Positions 24,373 through 29,568 of a DNA stretch of 29,568 nucleotides are shown in pieces. Origin of the DNA: Verrucomicrobiota bacterium (lineage in GTDB: Bacteria > Verrucomicrobiota > Kiritimatiellia > B70-G9); assembly GCA_003641465.1 (NCBI GenBank), contig QNAJ01000001.1:1-29568 (forward strand). Direction: 5' to 3'. The notes under the pieces are model-generated. The model did no database searches. It worked only from the letters and a program-made list of their open reading frames with translations, and had not been told where the DNA came from. The position numbers and the translations under genes are program-made. How positions within the stretch are numbered: position 1 is the stretch's first letter; each line of letters begins with the position of its first letter.

Positions 24373-25689
24373 TCAGCGGCTGGCTGCGGCCAGCGCCGCA
24401 CCCGGTTTGTGCAGCGCGGCCTGCTCGAACAGCAGGACTCCCTTGAGGACACTCACGGCGCGCTCCAGCTGCCGGTCGGGGACTTCCGGTTCTGACTCGG
24501 GCAGCCGTTCGTCCTTGGGGCGTGTGCGTTGCAACTGCAGCCGCTGCCATTCCTCCGCGGACACAGGAACCACAATATCCGGCTCAATGCCGCGGTCCTG
24601 AATGCGGCGATGTGACGGCGTGTAGTAGTGGGCGGTGGTCAGCCTGATCGCTGAGCCTTCCGATAGCGGTATCACGGTCTGTACTGATCCTTTCCCAAAG
24701 GATTTCTCGCCCACCAGAACCGCCCGGCGGTGATCCTTCAGTGCACCGGCCACGATCTCCGAGGCACTGGCACTGCCGCCGTTGATAAGCACCGCCAGAG
24801 GCAGATCCACCAGATGCCGGAGACCACGCGAGCGGAAGGTCTGCAGCACCCGGTTGTTGCGCCCCTCGGTGGTTACGATCAAAGCCCCCCGCGGCAGAAA
24901 GCGCTGAGAGACCTGCACCGCCGAAGAGAGCAGTCCGCCAGGGTTGTTGCGCAGATCAATGATGAGTGCCTTGAGCCCCTGCTCGCGCAGTTCATCAAGT
25001 GCACGATCCAAAGCCGCTCCCACCGGTTGATTGAACTGCGTGATCCTCAGATACCCGATGCCATCTTCCACCATCCGTACATCCTTGATGCTGGGTACCT
25101 TTATTTTCGCCCGGGTGATAGTGACTTCCTTGATTTCCTGAGTCCGCGGCCGGAAGATACGGATGGTGACCTGGGTTCCCGGTTCGCCCCTCAACTTGTG
25201 CACCGCGTCGGGCAGCGAAATGCCCTCAGTGGACTCTCCTTCAATCTCGATTATCCGGTCACCCGCCATCAATCCCGCCCGATAGCCGGGCGTGTCCTCC
25301 ATGGGAGCAACGATGGTAAGGATGCCGTCCCGGATGCTGATGACGATACCCAGTCCGCCGAACTGCCCGCTGGTATCGTCCCGCATGTCCTTGTACTCTT
25401 CCGGCTCCATGAATTCGCTGTGCGGATCCAGACCGCGCAGCATGCCGTGCAATGCCTTGTAGATCAGATCCTTGTAGGAAGTCTGCTCCGGTTCAACGTA
25501 GTTGGCCCGGATCTGTTCCAAGACATGAGTAAAAAGCGAGATATACTGATAGGCACTGCGCTTTTCATCCTCTGCAGGCGATTCCTCGGAGTATATGCGG
25601 GCGCTGATGATCAGGTTGACCACCAGCAGGACCGCCCCCATGACCCAGAGGGAGCGCCGGTAAACTCTGGCGCCTTTCCACGACGGCAT
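24373..25689 (-). CDS. ctpA: carboxyl-terminal processing protease (S41A, PDZ)
   Basis: LDPHSEF; PDZ FGGLGIVI..TPGYRAGL.AGDRII; DLRNNPGG, SASASEIVAG, KSFGKGSVQ; N-terminal hydrophobic anchor; start inferred at ATG 25689 after GGGAG. Confidence 0.92.
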   Translation of the reverse strand: MPSWKGARVYRRSLWVMGAVLLVVNLIISARIYSEESPAEDEKRSAYQYISLFTHVLEQIRANYVEPEQTSYKDLIYKALHGMLRGLDPHSEFMEPEEYKDMRDDTSGQFGGLGIVISIRDGILTIVAPMEDTPGYRAGLMAGDRIIEIEGESTEGISLPDAVHKLRGEPGTQVTIRIFRPRTQEIKEVTITRAKIKVPSIKDVRMVEDGIGYLRITQFNQPVGAALDRALDELREQGLKALIIDLRNNPGGLLSSAVQVSQRFLPRGALIVTTEGRNNRVLQTFRSRGLRHLVDLPLAVLINGGSASASEIVAGALKDHRRAVLVGEKSFGKGSVQTVIPLSEGSAIRLTTAHYYTPSHRRIQDRGIEPDIVVPVSAEEWQRLQLQRTRPKDERLPESEPEVPDRQLERAVSVLKGVLLFEQAALHKPGAALAAASR

Positions 25690-25853
25690 CCGTTTCTCTC
25701 CCACATCGCAGCGCAAGTGACTAACTCTAGTCCAGCCCGTCCGGCGTTGCAACCCCGCCGTGTATGCGCCGGCGCTGCATCCTTGCCGCCGCTCCCGGAG
25801 TGTACTAGATTGAGCGCGGGACGCGGACAGCTGCTCAGCGCTCCCGGGGTGGC

Positions 25854-27104
25854 ATGGCAAAGACCAAGGACAGGGATCCGGAATCAGATCCCCACCGCAA
25901 GGCGGATCGAGGCTCTCTATATGATCTGAAGCCTCACCGCACCCGTTTCGCCGCCAACCAACCCGATGAAGGGGAGCGCTGGCAGGCGCTGCGGCACACC
26001 GTAGGACACCGCATGCTGGTTTCCAATATCCGCACTTTCGTCATCAGCGCGGTGGTCATGACCGGCTTCCTGATTCTGGCGACCTACGTGGCCGATCGCA
26101 TCTGGCGTTTCAAGGAACAGCGACATGTTTCCCGAGGAGAAGCCCCCGCGCCGGCGGCTGACAATAGAAGCATATCTTCACGTGAGACAGCATCGCCACC
26201 TGGGCTTACACCCACCAACCCGGCTACCGAGCTCGACCCGGAAAAGCTCCGTAAGGCCATTTTTCTTACCCGGTCGGCGGAAGCACTCGAAAAAGCCGGC
26301 GACCTGAAAGAAGCTGCCGGGCGCTACCAGGAAGCACTCAAGGTCTGGCCATACCTGGTGGATGCCTGGGCGCAGCTCGGGCGGGTATACCTGCAACTGC
26401 AGGATTTTGATAATGCCGCCCGCGCCCTGGAGCGGGCGGTGGAAAGTGACCCGTCCAACCCGGCGCTGCTCAACGATCTTGGGGTGGCGTATCTGTACCG
26501 GAACCATATACCCATGGCCGCCGAATTTTTCCGGGCCGCTGTGGATATTTCCCCGGACTACGCTCCCGCGCTTTTCAATCTGGTGCTCTGCTCGCTGGCA
26601 ACCGAGGATATCGAAACCGCCCGCGAACAGCTCGAGGCCTACCTGCGCATCAGGCCGGATGATCCCCGGGCTCTCAAGGAGAAAGCCTACCTCCTGGCCC
26701 GGGAGGGAAAATACCGCGAGGCCTTGGCGATCCTGCAGAAAGCCATCATCCACAACCCGGAATGGGCCCCTCTCTATTTCGATGCCGCAGCCGCCGCAGC
26801 TTTGCTGGGCAGTACGGAAGACGCCGTCGCTTACCTGGAAAAGGCTGAGTTGCTGACTACACCGCGGGAGGTCTACCGGGTATATTTGCAGCCGGCGTTC
26901 CAGCAGATTCGTCTTACGGAGCTGGGACAGTTGTTCGAGAAGGAACTCGCCGAACGGGCCCGGTCAGTACTGGCCGCAAAGGAAATGAGTCGCGTGGAGC
27001 AGGCGGTTCTGCCCATAGTCAGCAGCGAGTCGCGCTCCGGCGGAACCGCCACAACAGCAAGCAGAACGGTTTCTCCGACCAATGAACAACACAAACAGCC
27101 CTGA
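25854..27104 (+). CDS. membrane-anchored TPR protein
   Basis: Single TM (FVISAVVMTGFLILATYV); multiple TPRs (AWAQLGRVY, LLNDLGVAY, ALFNLVLC); C-terminal LYFDAAA...YLQPAFQQIR. Confidence 0.88.
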   Translation: MAKTKDRDPESDPHRKADRGSLYDLKPHRTRFAANQPDEGERWQALRHTVGHRMLVSNIRTFVISAVVMTGFLILATYVADRIWRFKEQRHVSRGEAPAPAADNRSISSRETASPPGLTPTNPATELDPEKLRKAIFLTRSAEALEKAGDLKEAAGRYQEALKVWPYLVDAWAQLGRVYLQLQDFDNAARALERAVESDPSNPALLNDLGVAYLYRNHIPMAAEFFRAAVDISPDYAPALFNLVLCSLATEDIETAREQLEAYLRIRPDDPRALKEKAYLLAREGKYREALAILQKAIIHNPEWAPLYFDAAAAAALLGSTEDAVAYLEKAELLTTPREVYRVYLQPAFQQIRLTELGQLFEKELAERARSVLAAKEMSRVEQAVLPIVSSESRSGGTATTASRTVSPTNEQHKQP

Positions 27105-28200
27105 GCCCAAACCGGCAGCCTCAACCAGCGTCTACGAGGCACGCGACCAGGCACGAGGCCAGGACGTGCAGTTTGTCGAGCGCCCGGTAAGAAACCCCTT
27201 TATGCGCCCTTCCGGAGACCGCCGGATCAACCTGATTCTGGCACTGGCAGTCCTGATTACTCTGAGCGTAGCCGCCTGGTTGACCTACGTCTTCAACCGC
27301 CCCCCATCCTCGCTGAGCGTCCGCCAGCCGCGTTCAGTTGGCAGCGGTGGTTTGCGTGTTGCCCACCCTGATCTCCTTGTGACTCTCAGCCCCAGTACAG
27401 CAGTGCTGGTGGATGAACTTGCCGATCTGGAAGTTTCTCCACCCCCCACCGACCATCCGCCCCCCTTGAACGTGTTCTGGCTCAAACAGGCCGCCTATCA
27501 TATCGTCATGGGAGAGAAGGCGTATTCCGAAGAACGCCTGGCTGAAGCCCTCCAGCATTTCGAAGCCTGCCTGGATATCTACCCTGAAATCCGCGGCGCT
27601 CACCGCTACCTGGGCCTGATCCACCTCAAGCTCAAGAACTACGACCGCGCTGCGCAGGAATTTGAAAAGGTCGGCCAGGAGGAAGGCCTCTCAGCCGGGG
27701 TGGCCAACAACATCGGGGTGGCCTACCTGGCCCTCAATATGTTCGATTCGGCGGAGAAATACCTGAAGGAAGCAATCCGCATAGACCCTGACTACGCCAA
27801 TGCTTACCTGAACCTCGCCATGCTCGCGGAACGACGTAACGACCGGGAAGCGGCTGCCGCCTATATGGCAAAATATCTGCGCCTGCGGCCCACCGACCTG
27901 GCCGTCGCCCAGGCCTATGCCGCCCTCCTCATGGACCTCAATCGCTGGGCGGAAGCCATCCCCTGGCTTGAGAAAATACGCGATGCCTCCCCCGACCTTG
28001 CGCCGGTGTACTTTCGCCTGGCAATCGCTCTGGCCCACGCCGGCCATCATAAAGCCGCCTTCGCAGCCATTGACCGGGGAATCCAGCTCATGGACCCGCA
28101 GAAAGCCCTGGCTTGGCTCTCTGAACCTGATTTTGATCCCCTGCGGCGCGAGCCGGCTTTCCGAAGAATAATCACCACCCTCAGTGCTCAGTCAGAATAG
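27082..28200 (+). CDS. membrane-anchored TPR protein (paralogue)
   Basis: Single TM (LILALAVLITLSVAAWLTYVF); TPRs (AHRYLGLIH, VANNIGVAY, AYLNLAML); C-terminal AWLSEPDFDPLRREPAF; 23-nt overlap with the upstream gene. Confidence 0.88.
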   Translation: MNNTNSPEPKPAASTSVYEARDQARGQDVQFVERPVRNPFMRPSGDRRINLILALAVLITLSVAAWLTYVFNRPPSSLSVRQPRSVGSGGLRVAHPDLLVTLSPSTAVLVDELADLEVSPPPTDHPPPLNVFWLKQAAYHIVMGEKAYSEERLAEALQHFEACLDIYPEIRGAHRYLGLIHLKLKNYDRAAQEFEKVGQEEGLSAGVANNIGVAYLALNMFDSAEKYLKEAIRIDPDYANAYLNLAMLAERRNDREAAAAYMAKYLRLRPTDLAVAQAYAALLMDLNRWAEAIPWLEKIRDASPDLAPVYFRLAIALAHAGHHKAAFAAIDRGIQLMDPQKALAWLSEPDFDPLRREPAFRRIITTLSAQSE

Positions 28201-29567
28201 ACCGGTGTCCATTTCCAGGTAAACTCGCCGCCCCCACGGTCGTGCCAGCGGTCCATTCGCCGCCGCAGCAGTAGCTGCTCACCCATCGCCAGCCCACGCA
28301 CCCGGTCAGCGGTCAGCATGGCAACGCCCTGTCGCTCTCCGCGGCCTTCCCCGCCCACAGCTGCTGCTGGGATGGAATAAATGATCCATCCGGACCCGCT
28401 TTTCCGCAGGAGGCCCTGCAGACACATGAGATCATTCTTCAACCCGCCGATGACCGCCACGCCCACGCGCTCCGGCGCCCAGGTGGCTCCATCACTTGCT
28501 GCGGCCAGTGATGGCACTATCAGGACACCTCCGCCAAAGCCTGTTTCCAGCAGAAGCCCTACTGTATCCGGCACCTCACTGCCCGGCGGCGTGCGCGCCG
28601 CGATCGCCTGGATCATACGGCCGCGTACCATACCGGCACGCAGAGGGCGTCCGCCGACCGCCATCCGCTGCACCCGGACTCCTTGCTCACGCGCGGAGCG
28701 CAGTAAGCGGGCAACCGCCCGCGATCGGGTTGTAACCGGTGGACACCACAGTTGTTCAACCCGAGTCTCTTGCAAGAGGCGGGCTCCCGCCCCGCAGTGA
28801 ACTTCGTCTCCGGTGGTTATGACCAGGGCCTCCAGCCGTACCACGCCGGCTCTCCGGAGCAACGCTGCCAGTCGCCCGGCGTTACGCCGCGGCCCGGGAT
28901 CCACCAGCACCGCCTGACCCCCGCTGCGGAGGAGAACCGCAAGATGTCCCCGGCCGCGCCACACCAGAAGCTGCTCCTCCGGATGCGCCCATTGCCACCC
29001 CGCCATCGCCATCCCCAGCAGCACTACCGCAAGCATTGCCCGGCGTGCCCGCCGGTTCCATCCACCTATCGCGGCAACCGCCACCACTCCGTACCACGGC
29101 ACCGCCAGCCAGAGAGGAAAACCACCGACCTGCATATGGCCCGCCGGAACCTGCTGCAGCAACTCAACGAAATGCGCCGCCGCCCGGATCAACGAGCCAC
29201 CGAACCGGTTCAGCACTACCGACATCCCCGCCCATACCGACCCCAGCACAAGCGAAAGCGCCCCCGAAAGCACCGCCAGAGAAACCGCCGGAATCAGAAT
29301 CAGGTTCGCCGGTACCGCAATCGGCGAAAAAATATGGAAATATCTGGCTGCCAAGGGCGCCGAAGCCCACCAGGCGGCCAGGGAAACCAGCAGCAGGCGC
29401 AAAGCCCACACCGCCACCCGGCCGGGCGCATTGCGCCGTATCCGCCCGGGTGGCAACCAGGGATCGGGAATGACCCACTTTACGGGCAAGTTTGCCCACC
29501 GTAACCACAGCAGAATCCCGGCGACCACAACAAAAGAAAGCTGAAAGCCCGGGTCGCCGAGCTGCCC
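28188..29567 (-). CDS. comEC: ComEC/Rec2 competence protein, 3' part (5' end outside window)
   Basis: Frame stays open to the window edge and contains GDPGFQLSFVVV; LAAW..SAPL.ARYF..FSP.AVPANL; then a metallo-beta-lactamase-like domain (VLVDPG, LEALVITTGDEVHCGA). Confidence 0.88.
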   Translation of the reverse strand, partial: GQLGDPGFQLSFVVVAGILLWLRWANLPVKWVIPDPWLPPGRIRRNAPGRVAVWALRLLLVSLAAWWASAPLAARYFHIFSPIAVPANLILIPAVSLAVLSGALSLVLGSVWAGMSVVLNRFGGSLIRAAAHFVELLQQVPAGHMQVGGFPLWLAVPWYGVVAVAAIGGWNRRARRAMLAVVLLGMAMAGWQWAHPEEQLLVWRGRGHLAVLLRSGGQAVLVDPGPRRNAGRLAALLRRAGVVRLEALVITTGDEVHCGAGARLLQETRVEQLWCPPVTTRSRAVARLLRSAREQGVRVQRMAVGGRPLRAGMVRGRMIQAIAARTPPGSEVPDTVGLLLETGFGGGVLIVPSLAAASDGATWAPERVGVAVIGGLKNDLMCLQGLLRKSGSGWIIYSIPAAAVGGEGRGERQGVAMLTADRVRGLAMGEQLLLRRRMDRWHDRGGGEFTWKWTPVYSD

Positions 29568-29568
29568 C

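Overview
This is a GC-rich bacterial chromosomal segment. The gene content and protein styles suggest the PVC superphylum (Kiritimatiellota/Verrucomicrobia-like); that is an inference, not a database result. Left to right: a secreted hypothetical protein, tRNA-Glu(TTC), leuB and asd. Next is a minus-strand three-gene envelope module: a coiled-coil/beta-barrel protein plus two small genes absent from the ORF track (a 42-aa membrane peptide and a 56-aa lipoprotein). A DUF1573 - rhodanese - MauE/DoxX - degenerate retropepsin operon and two tandem Na/Pi-cotransporter paralogues (one degenerate) follow. Then comes a ~1.25-kb non-coding mosaic of several short repeat families, and a secreted beta-helix protein bracketed by a 28-bp direct repeat that duplicates the 3' end of the neighbouring GH3 gene. 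The rest is a sugar ABC (SBP, two permeases) - GH3 operon, a PAS/GAF hybrid histidine kinase, tsaD, ctpA, two membrane-anchored TPR proteins and the 3' part of comEC. No integrase, transposase, rRNA or CRISPR array was found. The best candidate for an undescribed system is the repeat mosaic plus direct-repeat-flanked single-gene cassette (10.8-14.8 kb). Other candidates are the small-gene envelope module and the intact/degenerate transporter pair. All family calls come from motif recognition by eye and need HMM confirmation.
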